A stretch of DNA of 64,000 nt from Mobula hypostoma (GCF_963921235.1 NC_086097.1:236594001-236658000); one strand, 5' to 3'; positions 49,061 through 63,286 are shown, numbered from the stretch's first letter. Notes: generated by a model from the letters alone, not told the origin. Program-made: numbers and translations.

Positions 49061-51199
49061 CACCTCTTCCTAGAGATGCTGCCTGGCCTGCTGCGTTCAC
49101 CAGCAACTTTGATGTATGTTGCTTGAATTTCCAGCATCTGCAAAATTCCTGTTGTTCACTCTTAAGTTTGATAGTTTGTATAGGTACATGGATGGGGGAT
49201 GTCTGGGTTATGGACTGGGTGCAGGTCAATGGGACTATCGGAATAAAGTTTTGGCACAGACTAGAAGGGCTGAATGGCCTGTTTTCTGTGCTGTAGTGTT
49301 CTATGGTTCTATGGTTCTTTCATCTTGGCAAATCTCCTCTGCATCCTCTCTAAAACTTTCATATCCTTCCTAAGTGGCTTCTTAACAATCCCATCAGCTT
49401 ATGTGGCAACTTGAGGGGTCTGTTCTCAAAGACCACCAAGATCCCTCTTCCAACACACCATTTAGATTCCTGCCTTTAGCCCTGTACACATAGGTATCTT
49501 GGAGGGTCTTGATATCCAAAGGAATTACAATGGTAGGGGAAAGATGAAGTCCTAAGATGACAGTCTTAAAAGCAATCTGTTGCTTAAGCGGGAGGGATGC
49601 AAGTCAGCAGGGAAAGTCTGAAGGGTGAAAGCGAACAGAAGGTGAGCCCAATATTGGTCAATAGGCTGAGGGTAATGGGTAATGATTGAACAAAGACTTG
49701 GGGCCTGGTTCAAGTTATAAGATGGTTAGCAGTTCAGCATGGCAGGTTAACAGATTTGAAAATTCAGATTCAAATTCATTTAATTACCACATGTACTTCA
49801 AAACACACAGTGAAATGCATCATTTGCATTAACAACAAACACAACCTAAGAATATGCTAGGAGCAGCCCACAATTCTGCCATATATTCCAGCACCAACAT
49901 AGCACGTCTGCAATGTTGAGCAGAATTACGCAAGATCACCACAGCACAACAACAGCAGCAAAACAACAAGGCATGAAAAGCTATTTAGAGAGTTGCAAAA
50001 ATCAAAGGGGCCAATTAAGACTGAACCGGAAGTAGACGCTGAGAGTGGGAAATTAAGCCAAATAATACATTTTGGGGGTCAAAGATAAGACCAAGGTGTG
50101 AGCGCATTAGTTCAGAGGTCTGATTCCCTTTATAATGTGTTTATTGTCATTTTTCAGGATGTGGATAATTGCAGACAAGCTCAGCATTAATTGACCATCA
50201 TTAACTGCCTGTGATAAAGTGGAGGTGAGCTGTCTCCTTGAACTGCTGCAGCTCTTTTGGTTCTTAGTGAATAAGTTTCATGACAAAACTGGTGATGACA
50301 CCTTCCAACACTGCTGGTTATTAAGAGTGAATTTTGACTCCAGTCAACACTGGTACCACCAGAATTCCACAATGGTATTTCACACCGGCATTAGAATCCC
50401 AATTAAATTTCTAGATGTGCAATTATATCTCCATATTTTCCCACACTGGCGATTAACTGCTCCAGAAATATTACATTATTACTGGGATAGTCAGGTGTCC
50501 TGCACTTGTTTCAAGGCATATCTGACCTTGATGAATAATCCTTGAGTGTTTAAAGATATCTCGAGAGTTGTGCTTGAGAGTGCAAATGTGAAATCCATAA
50601 ACCAAAGAAGAACAGAAATAAAATTGTGCACATACTTTTTCAAGGACATAAAAGAACAGAAAAAACAAGATTCTCATATAAAGACTTCTATCTGGATAGC
50701 ATTTTATTTTATTACTGAACAATAAATATGATTGCTGTATGATTTATCCTTTTTTTCTTGGCACTCAAAGCATTAATTCATGTGCAAGATGGCATAACAC
50801 TAAAATATTTCTGTGCCTTGAGCATTGCATTTTAAATAAATTTCTGCTGTTTGACTTAACGTTGTAATGCAAAGCCCTCAGATGTAATAATATCTACCTT
50901 GTGTCACCTAAATGACAATACTTGAGTATATATGAACTGAAAATCCATCTTTTCCATTCTATTGCATTCCCTATTTCAGAATGTTTCTCCTGTGGAAAGA
51001 AGATGGAAGAGCTTAGGACTTCAAAAATTTCCAGAGCCTAATGGATTATATCTTATAATAATTACCCATAATGCATAATAGAGAGGCAAGAGATTCAGGC
51101 AAGAGGAGGCTTTCACCTCCTCTTAATGTGCATGACATTTTCAATGTAACTTCACATTCTGGGTGAAGATGGTGGAAGACAGGAAAGTATCTGAACATA

Positions 51200-52467
51200 A
51201 CATAGGACACTCAAAGCTGTTACACAGATTGACTCAATGGTTAAGAAGGCATGCAGTGCATTGGCCTTCATCAACCGTGGGACTGAGTTTAAGAGTCCAG
51301 AGGTAATGTTGCAGCTATATAGGACCTTGGTCAGACCCCACTTGGAGTACTGTGCTCAATTCTGGTCGCCTCACTACGTGGAAACCATAGAAATGGTGCA
51401 GAGGAGATTCACAAGGATGTTGCCTGGATTGGGGAGCATGCCTTACGAGAATAGGTTGAGTGAACTTGGCCTTTTTTTCTTTGGAGCAATGGAGGATGAG
51501 AGGTGACCTGATAGAGGTGTACATGATAATGAAAGGCATTGATCATGTGGATAGTCAGAGGCTTTTTCCCAGGGCTGAAATGGCTAGCGTGAGAGGGCAC
51601 AGTTTTAAGGTGCTTGGAAGCAGGTACAGAGGAGATATCAGATGTGGTGGCTAGTGCTATCATGTTTGCTGTTGTGTGCTGGGGCAGCAGGCTGGGGGTA
51701 GCAGACACCAACAGAATCAACAAACTCATTCGTAAGGCCAGTGATGTTGTGGGGATGGAACTGGACTCTCTGACGGTGGTGTCTGAAAAGAGGATGCTGT
51801 CTAAGTTGCATGCCATCTTGGTCAATGTCTCCAATCAACTACATAATGTACTGGGTGGGCACAGGAGTACATTCAGACAGAGACTCATTCCACCGAGATG
51901 CAGCACAGAGCGTCATAGGAAGTCATTCCTGCCTGTGGTCATCAAACTTTACAACTCCTCCGTTGGAGGGTCAGACTCCCTGAGTCGATAGGCTGGTCCT
52001 GGACTTATTTCATAATTTACTGGCATAATTTACATATTACTATTTAACTATTTATTACTATTTTTCTCTTACGATTCTATTACTATTTATTATTTCCATG
52101 ACTATTACTATTTACTATTTACTAATAGTAGTATTACTATTACTATTTCTATTACTATTCATTATTTATGGTGCAACTGTAACGAAAACCAATTTCCCCC
52201 GGGATCAATAAAGTATGACTATGACTATGACTATGACTATGTAAGCTTTTTTACGCAGAGAGTGGCGAGTTAGTGGAATGGGCTGCCCATGGCGGTGGTG
52301 GAGGCGGAAGTGATAGGGTCTTTTAATAGGCTTCTGGATAGGTACATGTAGCTCAGAAAAATAGAGAGCTATGGGTAAGCCTTGGTAGTTCTAAGGGAAG
52401 GACATTTTCGGCACAGCTTTGTGGACCAAAGGGCCTGTATTGTGCTGTAGGTTTTCTATGTTTCTAT
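51200..52467 (+). mobile_element. CR1 3' part, split by a Rex-type insertion
   Basis: LYRTLVRPHLEYCAQFWSP; resumes at about 52241. Confidence 0.85.
51643..52240 (+). mobile_element. Rex1/Babar-type LINE 3' end
   Basis: VVASAIMFAVVCWGS..RINKLIRKASDVVG..HRKSFLP; AATAAA then (atgact)n tail. Confidence 0.8.
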
Positions 52468-53867
52468 AACACTGACCACACTAGGCTCTCAAATCCCATC
52501 CTTCTTTGAGTCCAGTTGGATGTCCTGCCTCTTAGACTGACCAAGCCCAACCATGGGGATGCCATGGCCAAGAAAGCTCACAAGTATCTTTATTTCCTCT
52601 TTTGGCATACCACTTTGACCTCGTCAATTTTAATCGATGCACCACAGAAAGAATCCTATCTCTATGCATCATGGATAGTTTGGCATCTGCTCTGCCTGTG
52701 ACTGCAAGAAACTGCAGAGAGTTGTGAGCATAGCGCAGCACATCATGGAAACCAGTCTCCCCTCCAGGCACTCTGCCATGGTAATGTCTGTTCATTATGT
52801 GCTGTTTTGTATGACATAAGCAGGTGAACATGATCTTTCCATGACCAAGATTGTTGGTCAATTTTTCTGCAGAATTAGTTTGCCATTGCCTTCTTCTGGG
52901 TCGTGTGTTTACAAGACAGGTCACCCCAGCCATCATCAATACACTTCAGAGATTGTCTGCCTGGAGTCAGTGGTCGCATAACCAGGACTTGCGATGTGCA
53001 CCAGCTGCTCATACAACCATCCCCCACCTGCTCGCACGGCTTCACGAGACCTTGATGGGGAGGTAAGCAGATACTACACCTTGCCCCCTTTGGCAAGAAT
53101 ACATCTCTACTCTGTCACCTTGCTATGGTAAAGTAGCCAACATTACCAAAGACTCCACTCAGCCTGGACATTCCCACTTCTCCCCCCACCCCACCCCCAT
53201 CAGGCAAAAGCCTGAAAGCATGGACCGTCAGGCTCAAGTCAGCTTCTTCCTTGGTGTAGAAAACTACCCAATATTTCCTTGATACAATAAGATGGACTCT
53301 TGACCTCACATTCTACCTGCACTGCACCTTCTTTGTACCTATAATACTTTATTCTGCTCTATTATTGTTTTACCTTGTACCATCCCAGTGAGCTGTTGTA
53401 ATGAATTGTATCTATAGGAATGGAATGCAAGACAAGTTTTCCACTGTATCTCAAAATCAAATCAGGTTTATTATCGCTGATATATGTTGTGAAAATCATC
53501 TTGTGGCTACAGTACAGTGCAAGGTGTGAAAATTATCATGTTACAAAAACAAGTGAATACCAATTAATCAGAATGTTTGATATAGAATTGTTAAATGTGA
53601 CTGTGTTCAACAAACTTGGCTAACTCTTTACAAGGGTATTGCAACATGGAATATCAATGGGCAGTGCATGTGATGCAGACTCTGCGTATTTTAGCTAAAC
53701 TTTTGACAAGCTTCCCATGGGGCAAGCTAGTCAAAAAAAAGTATAAGGCTGTGGAATCTAAGAGAGACCAGCATATTGATTCACAAAATAATACCATAGG
53801 GCTCAAGGTCCGTTGCTATTTATTGTGCCTATTCATGATTTTGTAGAGAGTGTGAAAAGGAGGTTTA

Positions 53868-54064
53868 GAAACATAGAAACATAGAAAATAGGTGCAGGAG
53901 TAGGCCATTCGGCCCTTCGAGCCTGCACCGCCACTCAGTATGATCATGGCTGATCATCCAACTCAGAACCCTGTACCTGCCTTCCCTCCATACCCCCTGA
54001 TCCCTTTAGCCACAAGGGCCATATCTAACTCCCTCTTAAATATAGCCAATGAACTGGCCTCAAC
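53868..54064 (-). mobile_element. Young CR1 3' tail
   Basis: Near-identical to 39180-39380. Confidence 0.85.
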
Positions 54065-54554
54065 ATTTACAGATGATGTCAGAATTGGCTGCGTGATTGT
54101 GAGTGAGGAAGGGGACTTGTGACTGCAGCAGGATATACAGTAGATGGCCTGGTGAGCTCAGCCAGAAAGTGGCAAATGGAGCTCAATCCAGGTGTATATT
54201 TGAAAGGGCAACCAGACAGCAGAGTTCTCAATAAATAGGAAGATATAGAAGGAGCGGCTTACACCTCTTTTGGTAGGGACGCAGCCTCATCCCGCCATCC
54301 AGGCCTTTCAGCCCACAGAGTCTGTTTCAGTCGCGGAGCACCCATCTTTACACCGATTGTCCCATTTATTTCTCCACATATTCCCATTAACTTCCTTCAC
54401 ATTCTACCACTCATTATCACACAGGAGTAACTTCCAGACAATCCACCTACCAACCCACACATTTTTAAGATGGTGGAGGAAACTGGAGCAGCTGGAAGAC
54501 ACCCACAGAGTCAGAGGAAGAATGTGAAGAGACAGCACCAGGAATTAAGACTGA

Positions 54555-54930
54555 AACTAATGAATGTTTAAAGGCTTTGATAGAGTGGATGTGAAGAGCA
54601 TGTTTCCTGTGATGGGTGAGTCTAAGGCCAGAGGATCCAACTTCAGGATAGATTGATAGCCATTTAGAACAGAGATGAGGAGGAATTTATTTAGCCGGTG
54701 AGTGGTGAATCTGTGGAATACATTGCCACAGGCAGCTGTGGAGACCAAGTCATTGGGTATATTTAAGGCAGAGATCGATAGATTCATGATTAGTGAGGGA
54801 CTGTAGGGATACAGGGAGAAGGAAAGCCATTGGGGTTGAGAGGGAAAATGCATCAGCCATGATGAAACAGTGGAGCAGATCCAATGGACCAAATGGCCTA
54901 ATTCCGCTGTTATATCGTATGGTCTTATGG
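54555..54930 (+). mobile_element. CR1 3' fragment
   Basis: Decayed GFDRVDVKSMFP..RRNLFS..VNLWN coding end plus atggtcttatgg tail. Confidence 0.8.
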
Positions 54931-55149
54931 CCTCATTTACTGACTGGGGAGGTCTTCATAAAAATGCACATTCTGAGTGATAAACTCTTTTTCACTTTTT
55001 ATTAACATGTTACAAGTCTTAAGTAGATTAAGGAATATTTTTATAGAATTGAAAAATAATGGTTACCCTGCATAACAGAGTACTTCTGTGCAAGTTATTT
55101 ATTCAGAAAATGGAAATTTTTCCAATATTATTCAAATGGTACTCAACAG

Positions 55150-55468
55150 ATGGACACGTAGCCAAGTGGTTAAGGCATTGGGCTAGCGACCTGAAGGTCG
55201 TGAGTTCGAGCCCCAGCGGAGGCAACGTGTTGTGTCCTTGAGCAAGGCACTTAATCACACATTGCTCTGTGACGACACTGGTGCCAAGCTGTATGGGTCC
55301 TAATGCCCTTCCCTTGGACAACATTGGTGTCGTGGAGAGGGGAGACTTGCAGCATGGGCAACTGCTGGTCTTCCATACAACCTTGCCCAGGCCTGCGCCC
55401 TGGAAAGTGAAGACTTTCCAGGTGCAGATCCATGGTCTCGCAAGACTAACAGATGCCTTTACTTTTAC
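55150..55468 (+). mobile_element. tRNA-derived SINE
   Basis: A box tagccaagtgg, B box gagttcgagcc, body gtgtccttgagcaaggcacttaa, (tttac)n tail. Confidence 0.8.
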
Positions 55469-56474
55469 TCAACAGAGGATATTGTATCCAAGAAAGTGCC
55501 TTTACCGGTTATGTATCTAACAAAGGTTTAAAGGAACACGCAATTGGATTCTGGTTCTCTATAAAGAGCTATAAAAACAGCAAACTACAAGTATTGGTCA
55601 GCCCAACTTAGATTGTGAAGAGTCAAAGCTATTAAAGATTTACTTTAAATATGGATCATTCAGAGACATCCAAATCCAGTATTCTTGCTTTGTGGATATT
55701 AAAGTATCCTGAATTGATACCTACTAAATTAACAGATCATTAATAGATCAACAAGTATGAGAGTTTAAGTGTTTTCCCTAATTCAATAGATCAAGAGTAG
55801 TGCTGGGAAGCCCAGGGTTACAAGGTGCTTATCTTGCACTAAACCATTTTATAAACAATTTACTTATTAAAATGAAAAACAAATATTCCTAATGTGCAGA
55901 CAACCCTATTTATGTCACACTTGTTGTAACATCGCGAGAGAAACTGGAGCAGACCACACACATGGTAACTGTTGAAATGACGTTGAATCTTGGCACAGCT
56001 GTCAATGGGGTCTGTTAGTTTACAGTGATGGGTTGATGTTGTCGGATGCACTCTATCTGTTTCATCTTTGCTTTGTACTCTGCATGAAATATTTTTGGTC
56101 AGGATTCTAATTGTCAAACCTCCTGGGATTTTCTTAAAAGGGAGCAGCAGTTGAATCCTCCGGGGTATGTAACATATTGCAAGTCAGTTTGCAGAAAGCA
56201 TACAGAAACCCCAGAAAATAATGAAGTTATTATATTTGACAACTGATTGTTCACTGCAAGGTCACTAGCAAGAAGCCTGCTGCACAGTAATGTTCATGAG
56301 CAACACACTATATTTTCTGTCTTCTCACATAAGTTATTAAGCTATTAAAATGTTGCTTCTGTAATTTGATTAATGTCAAATTGTGTTCTGTTACATTAAA
56401 TTTTTAAAATATCAGATGAAAGCCTGAACAATTCCAAGTGACACTTTAACTCTTGGTGAGCCTGCAGCATGTAA

Positions 56475-58658
56475 GGCTACGTCCACACTAGACCAGATAA
56501 TTTTGAAAACACAGGTTTCACGTAAAAACAACAGGTATCCACACTAGGCGTTTTTGAAAATATCTCTGTCTACATTAAAACGGATATTTGGACGAATCTC
56601 CTCCTACTGGGCATGCGCAGGACACAGAAGACAAGCGAAGAGGAAACGGTATACTTGGTGCGCGTTTGTCCAATTACAGACTAGAAAAACTTAAAAGGAA
56701 ATTGCCAAACGAAAGACTTGGTGCGCGTTTGTCCAGAAACATTTTCTACAGCCATAGTCTCTTCACTGATGAAAGGGACGACAGCTACAACTAAATGCAA
56801 TAAGGCTTGTTACTGGGCAAAAGTGAAATTTGTTAAATGTATAAAACATGTCTGTTTCAGTGTTATCTTGTATTTCCATTCAATGTTACATATCGACAGA
56901 TATTGTTGTAGTGTTGGAGGTTGCGTTCAAGAAAACAATGAAATGTCGCACTGCTGCCACCATTTGTTCTGGCACATCATAACAGTGGTTTTAAAAATAG
57001 CCAGTTACCCCGTACACACTACGCCGGTGTTATGTACCCCTAGGGGTCATATTTTTTATGGACTATACCTTTAAAAAGAGAGAGAGAGTTGTGCAACACA
57101 AACACCTTGTTATTATGAGAGAGAGAGGCGAAGACTGCTTTGAGATGGTGTTATGGTTTCTCTGCAGTATGTTTACACTTTCGCAAGGACACTGCCAGTT
57201 TCTGTGTTCTTACAGAGAGAGAAGGGAGGAGCTACTTGATGGACAGCTGGTGTTCAGCATGGTGAAATAAATAAAAGGTCAGCTGATAGACACAAAGATA
57301 CTTGATTTTGGATACTGGATGAGCTTTGTTGTGCCCACAGAAAGGTGGGTTTTTGGAGGATCGATCAGTGGCTCTCGCAGTGTAGAAAAGGTGTGACCGG
57401 TGGGAAGTTACCAGTGTGTCCAACCCTTGCCTGGGGTTGAAAACATTACCACAGAAGACGGTCTCCTTTTTTGTGGTCACATTTGGTGACTTCAAAGGAA
57501 GAGAAGAGACGAGTGATAGGTTTGAATCAGAAGAAACCTAGTCATATAGAGGTCACTGTTTGGACTCTCTCTCTCTAAGTAGCCCATAAGGGTGGGTTTG
57601 AGTTCCATTTGAATACAAAGGTGTGACTGTCACGTAGTTAGTCCACAGGTGTGGGTTCTCTAGTGAGGGGAGTACCTTTGTGAATATCACTTATGCGTTA
57701 CCCTTGTTTGGGTGTGGTAGTTCACTGAAGAAAGGCACCCCTGTGGCAAATCACTGTTGGAGTTATTTCATATGTCGTGGAACTGGATAAGTGGCTATCA
57801 CTTTGTGCGTTTGAGGTTGGTTCTATTGAAGAGGGTCCCCGTAATGATAAGCTACTGTTGGAGATAATCCATATGTGAATTCTGTTGGAGTATCCTGTGG
57901 CCACCACTTTGGAATGTCCCATAGCTGAATTCGGGTGTGGCACAACCTGTGTTGAAAGGATATTCGTTGAAGATCACTGTCGGTGATATTTCGTGTGTGG
58001 AGTGGAACAACTTCGGAGCTAAAACCTACTACTACTGTCATTTTGTATTGCTGTCGTGGAATCTGTGGAATATCGACATAATTGCCTTTTCTCGACATTT
58101 ACCGTGGATTACAAATCTCTCTCTCTCTCCATCACTACTCGACTCAATACCACGAACTGAACTGAACTTCACCCATCACGGTAAGACTGTATCTATTTAC
58201 CCCTAGGCTTGAAGAAGCTTAGTTTCTATGTTTCCACACTTATATACATATATTCTTTGCTAACCTGTTTGATATATCTGAATTTATATTACTGTATTGC
58301 ATAGTTACTAATAAATAGTATTATACTTTATACTTTATTGTCGCCAAACAATTGATACGAGAACGTACAATCATCATAGCGATATTTGATTCTGCGCTTC
58401 CCGCTCCCTGGAAGTCAGTAGCAATTAGTCAATAGCAATACTAGACTCCAAAGTGTTTTCTATTTCTGCAGGTTCTTTAACCTGTCACGGGGTACGTGAC
58501 ACTGGATATTAGGCGTTTTCAGATTTATTCACTCTGGAGAGCGCTTCTGAAAAGTCCCGTTTCTGGGGGAGGAAAACACCATTTCAATGTGGACGGAGGG
58601 TCAAAATGGAGAGAAAAAGCTTGGTTACGGATTTATCCAGTCTAGTGTGGACGTAGCC
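56475..58658. mobile_element. PIF/Harbinger-type MITE hosting a solo LTR
   Basis: Perfect 19-bp TIR GGCTACGTCCACACTAGAC; TAA TSD at 56472-56474 and 58659-58661. Confidence 0.88.
57028..58501 (+). mobile_element. Solo LTR (family A, long form)
   Basis: TG...CA ends; flanks ccgg/ctgg; reverse-complement similarity to 27819-29410 and 63287-64000. Confidence 0.8.
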
Positions 58659-59299
58659 TAAGATGTCTGTACAAGTTAAACACGGAAGGTATGTTAAATG
58701 TTTGCTTATAGCCTCTGGATTCTTTCTTAGCCTCAAGGTACCAGTGGCATGAAAACAAAAGACCAGTCCTACAGAAGGGTCTCGGCCCGAAACGTTGACT
58801 GTTCTCTTTTCCATAGAAGCCGCCTGGTCTGCTGAGTTCCTCCAGCATTTTGTGTGTGTTACCAAAGAATGTCTCTGCATGTCTTGCTATGCTTGTGGAT
58901 TGTACTGCTAATTATTGAGGCACCTTTTGCTTGGTTCTTGGGACTTCAGCTAGACCAAAAAATCACAATCGATCAGTGCCTAGGACAGACCCAGAGTGGT
59001 TTCACGAGTCGGAACTCGGAGTTCCCCTGAAACAGTGACAATCAAGTCCCCCAACAGCAGCAACAATCAAGTGGAGACTGAGAATCATGAACCCTGAAGT
59101 CTTTGTGGAAATCTTTGTAACTTACTATGTAGTATTTAGTGTGCTTTGTTTGTGCTTTCTGCTTTATGATAATAGATTAGGCCTAAGTTACTCTGTTATG
59201 CTTGTACACTTATCACCACATCTCCTGGACACTCAAAATGGTTTGGGTCTTGTGGGTCCGATCAACCCAGCCCATTACACTAATTCTATGTTGTCTTAT

Positions 59300-59740
59300 A
59301 AAGAATTGAATTGAATTGACTTTATTTCTTACATCCTTCACATACATGAGGAGTAAAAATCTTTACGCTATGTCGCCGTCTAAATGTGCAAGGTGTAATC
59401 ATAGTAATTTATAATAAATAGAACAGTCAACTAAAATCAGCGTGAGTTAATCAGTCTGATGGCCTGGTGGAAGAAGCTGTCCTGGAGCCTGTTCGTAGCT
59501 GGCTTTTATGCTGCGGTGCAGTTTCCCGGATGGTAGCAGCTGGAATAGATTGTGGTTGGGGAGACTCGGATTCCCAATGTTCCCACGGGCCCTTTTTACA
59601 CACCTGTCCTTGTAATTGTCCCGAATCATGGGAAATGCACAATTATAGATGCGCTGGGTTGTCCGCACCACTCTCTGCAGAATCCTGTGATTAAGGGAGG
59701 AACAGGTCCCAAGCCAGGCAGTGATGCAGCCAGTCAGGAT
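59300..59740 (-). mobile_element. Rex/L2-type LINE 3' end
   Basis: (attga)n tail; minus ORF VRTTQRI...HNLFQLLPSGK. Confidence 0.75.
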
Positions 59741-61404
59741 ATACTTTCAGTTAACATCATTATTTTTATCTCTTACTTAACTTTGTTAGATCACTTGGAC
59801 CTCAATGACATCATTAACATTTCTGGATTTAGTGTGAAATCATGATATCTAATTCATACTAACTTATTGACTAAAAATAACATATTATGTGGAATTTTAC
59901 CCTTTTAGAACATATTGGGGTACTGTCTCTGAACTACAAGATATGCTTAAAAGTAAAGTAATTGCTACTGTCCCCATTTCTTTTTCCTGTCCTCATTCTC
60001 CATGATTAGAAACTTATTGTAAGTGTACACCATATTGAAGCAGACTTATAACCTCATTACCATTGAACAGAGCTGTGACAGCTGGGTATTGTGCTTCAAG
60101 CAGGAGCAAAAATTGAATTGTTCCACCTTTATGGTCTAAAATAAATCAGTTGGGACTAACAAATCACCAAGCAATATCCTTGGGAGAGCCATCTTAAGCA
60201 GATAAGGCTGAGGACTAGCAACTCTACTGGACAGACCAATCTCAAGTAATCTAGTAAAGGCTGTTCTTCATGGCTTTTCCTTTCCACTGTTGCAAAGGAA
60301 TGTTTAAAAAAAAACACTGACACAAGTGTTTCTCACAGCTAGTAGAATCCTAACAATAGCCAAACAAAGGGCCTCCTGACCTCACAGACTACAGGCTGAG
60401 GCCTACTGGCTCATCAAAAAGGAAGCCTGCTATAGCCCTCTAGTCTCTATTTGGTTAGTGGAGATATCAGTTCTTTGCCCACACCACTGGCAATCTCCTT
60501 TCATCTGTCTACGTGCTGCACAGTGACAATCGGTTTGAATTTGGTCTTCTTTGCGCAGAATTATATGGCATTTACAACACTAAAACCTCATTCAGTTCAA
60601 TCGATTTTGTGTCAGAGCTTGCACTCCATGGGAGCCATTTTATTTAATCAAGGCTATCATGATATCCTGCCAGTCTTTCTATCTTATGTGCTAGCCTAGT
60701 CTCCAATTAAGGTTCATGTCAGCTGCTCCCAGTGGTTGCAAACTCCACATATTAACTACTTCTTACTAGGAACAGTGAACCTATTAATAACTGTCTTATA
60801 TTTATGATCACAAGTCGAAACATCTTAACTGCAATTAGTTCCACTAAGTGAATCAGAATCAGATTTATTATCACTGATATATATTGTGAAATCTGTTGTT
60901 TTGTGGCAGCAAGACATAATAAATGCTATAAATTATAAAAAATAACTAAATGAGCAAATAGAGCAAAAACGGAATAGTGAGTTAGTGCTCACGAGTTCAT
61001 GGACCATTCAGAAATCTGATGTTGGGAGGGGCGAAGCTGTTCCTAAAACTTTACACGTGGGTCTTCAGGGTCCTGTGCCTCCTTCTGATGGTAGCTAAAT
61101 GATGCCTTCATCATTTTAAAGATTGCTGCCTGCCCTGAAGAATAGAGTGTTCCTCTCAAGTAGAAGCCCACATGCCACTAATAAATTACCTCATGATAAA
61201 CTTAACAAATGCACACTTGGTAAGATTAGTATCATTCTCCGTCCCACACCTCATTGACACTCTTCAGCTAGGTGTGCAATTTTACTGCTATAATAAGTCT
61301 TGATTTTGGGAGGGGTCTTACAAAGCAACATTTGTAATATGGGTTGGGCTAAGTACACTGCTCTCAAAAGAAATGACCTGCTAGTTGCCCAATATCAAGG
61401 CACA

Positions 61405-62276
61405 AATGAGGATGTGGAAGCTTTAGAGAGAATACAGAGGAGATTGAGCTGGATTCTTATAAAGAACATGTCTTATGAGAAAAGTTTAAGCAGGCTTGGG
61501 CTTTTTTCTTTACAGTGAAGGAGAATGAGAGGTGACATGATAGAGATGTGTAAGATGAGGTCTAAATCAAGTGGATAGACAGTGCCTTTTTCCCAGGGTG
61601 GAAATAACTAGTACCAGAGAACACAATTTTGTATAATTTTAAGGTGATTGGAGGAACATATAGAGCGGATATTGGAGTAAGTATGTGTGTGTATAAAAGC
61701 AAGGATCTAATGATGAAGCACTGATGAGGCCTCACTTGGAGTATTCTGTGCAGTTTTGGGCCCTTATCTCAGAAAGGATGCGCTAAAACTGAGAGGGTTC
61801 AAAGGAGGTTCATAAATTTGATTCCAGGATTGAATGGCTTGTCATATGAAGAGCATTTGATGGCTCTGGACTTGTATTCACTGGAATTCAGAAGAATTAG
61901 AGATGACCAAATTGAAACCTATCGAATAGTGAAACAGTCTTGTTAGAGTGGATGTGGAGAGGATGTTTCCTATGGTGGGAAAGTCTAGGACCAGAGGACA
62001 CAGCCTCAGAATAGAAGGGAATCCTTTTACAGCAGAGATAAGGAGGAATTTCTTTAGCCAGAGAGTGGAATTCTTTGCCACAGGCAGCTGTGGACGCCTA
62101 GCCTTTAAGGCAAAGGTTGACAGAGTCTTGATTGGTCAGGGTGTGAAGGGATACGGTGAGAAAGCAGGAGAGTGGGGCTGAGAGGAAAATTGGATCAGCC
62201 ATGATGAAATAGCAGAGCAGACTCGATGAGCCAAATAGCCAAATTTTGCTCCTATATCTTATAGTCTTATGGTCTT
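61405..62276 (+). mobile_element. Two adjacent CR1 3' fragments
   Basis: DVEALERIQRR..LGLFSL and DVERMFPMVGKSRTRGHSLRIEG..RNFFSQRV. Confidence 0.85.
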
Positions 62277-62459
62277 AATCGGGCAGGTTGGGCTGGTCAG
62301 ACTTGGACAGCAGCAGACTAGGAGTAGTTGAAAATCTAAAACATGGCACAACAAGTTGACAATATCAACAAAGTCCCTGAAATATACCGAGAAACAGAAA
62401 TAATCTCTGTCATTCTGTACATCTGTCAATCATTGTGGAATTTTGACATATATTTAAAT

Positions 62460-62740
62460 GAATTTAGTTATTGATATACAGTGTAGAATAGGCCCTTCCG
62501 GCCCTTCAAGTCAGGCTGCCCAGCAATCCCTCAGTTTAATCCTAGCTTAATCACAGAACGATTTACAATAATCATTTTGTTACAAACTTGTATGCCTTTG
62601 GACTGTGGCACGGAGCACCCAGAGAAAACCCACGTGGTCACAGCGAGAACATGCAAACTCCTTACGGGCAGTAGCGGGAATTGAACCCAGGTCACTAGTG
62701 CTGCAAAGTGTTGTGCAAACCACTACACTAACATGCTGCT
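62460..62740 (-). mobile_element. V-type SINE
   Basis: ggactgtgg..ggagcacccagagaaaacccacg..gggaattgaaccc on the plus strand. Confidence 0.7.
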
Positions 62741-63286
62741 CTAAAGTCCTTCCAATGCATTTTGTTAAACTAAGGACAGTTACTGGTAAAATGAAGAACC
62801 ATTTGTTTTATAAATGATGACCAAAAATAAGTAAAAGCTATCTTGTAATTCAGTATCTTACTAAAGTGATAGACACTAGAAAGCAAGCATACCTTGTACT
62901 CGTTGAGAGAGTTGCAATGGCCAAAAGACACATTTTAAGTCATTTAAGTAATGACAAAGCATCTTCAAGCACCACAGTGTTATGAAGCAATCCTGGATCC
63001 TGAAAATATGACATTAATTTCAATAGCCACAGTTTTCCAGAAGAAAATCACAGTGGACTTGATCCTTACATTACAAAATATTTGGAAATAAAATTCCATC
63101 ATCAGTAATGTCTTGGATTATAATCAGAGGTAATACCTACAGCCGGTTCAAAACATTTGAATTCAGAAAAATCCTATTCCAACTCGTGACTAATTTTCAT
63201 GTATATCACAGTACTATTACTTGCTCAAACTGTCCTCACTGTCTTAAGAGGACAGGCTGCGTGAGTTTGGGCTTTTTTCTTTGGAG

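Larger units (their letters stand above)
47256..49155. mobile_element. Fold-back (inverted dimer) Neptune-type Penelope insertion
   Basis: Arms 47256-48148 (-) and 48158-49155 (+) each encode a CKRNKCYTC linker plus GIY-YIG and carry a pLTR. 14-bp TSD tcactcttaagttt at 47242-47255 and 49156-49169. Confidence 0.95.
46930..49320 (+). mobile_element. CR1 3' end, host of the fold-back Penelope
   Basis: SYRERLNRLGLYSLERRRMRG...; resumes after 49169 with a (ttctatgg)n tail. Confidence 0.85.

Noticed and set aside
52020..52240. Spaced short repeats resembling an array
   Set aside because: Low-complexity tattac and atgact LINE tail; no repeat-spacer structure, and the context is eukaryotic.
55150..55222. 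tRNA gene
   Set aside because: A and B boxes are present, but there is no clean cloverleaf and it continues into a SINE body and tail.
58765..58802. Functional hammerhead
   Set aside because: The core reads CTACAGA instead of CTGANGA.
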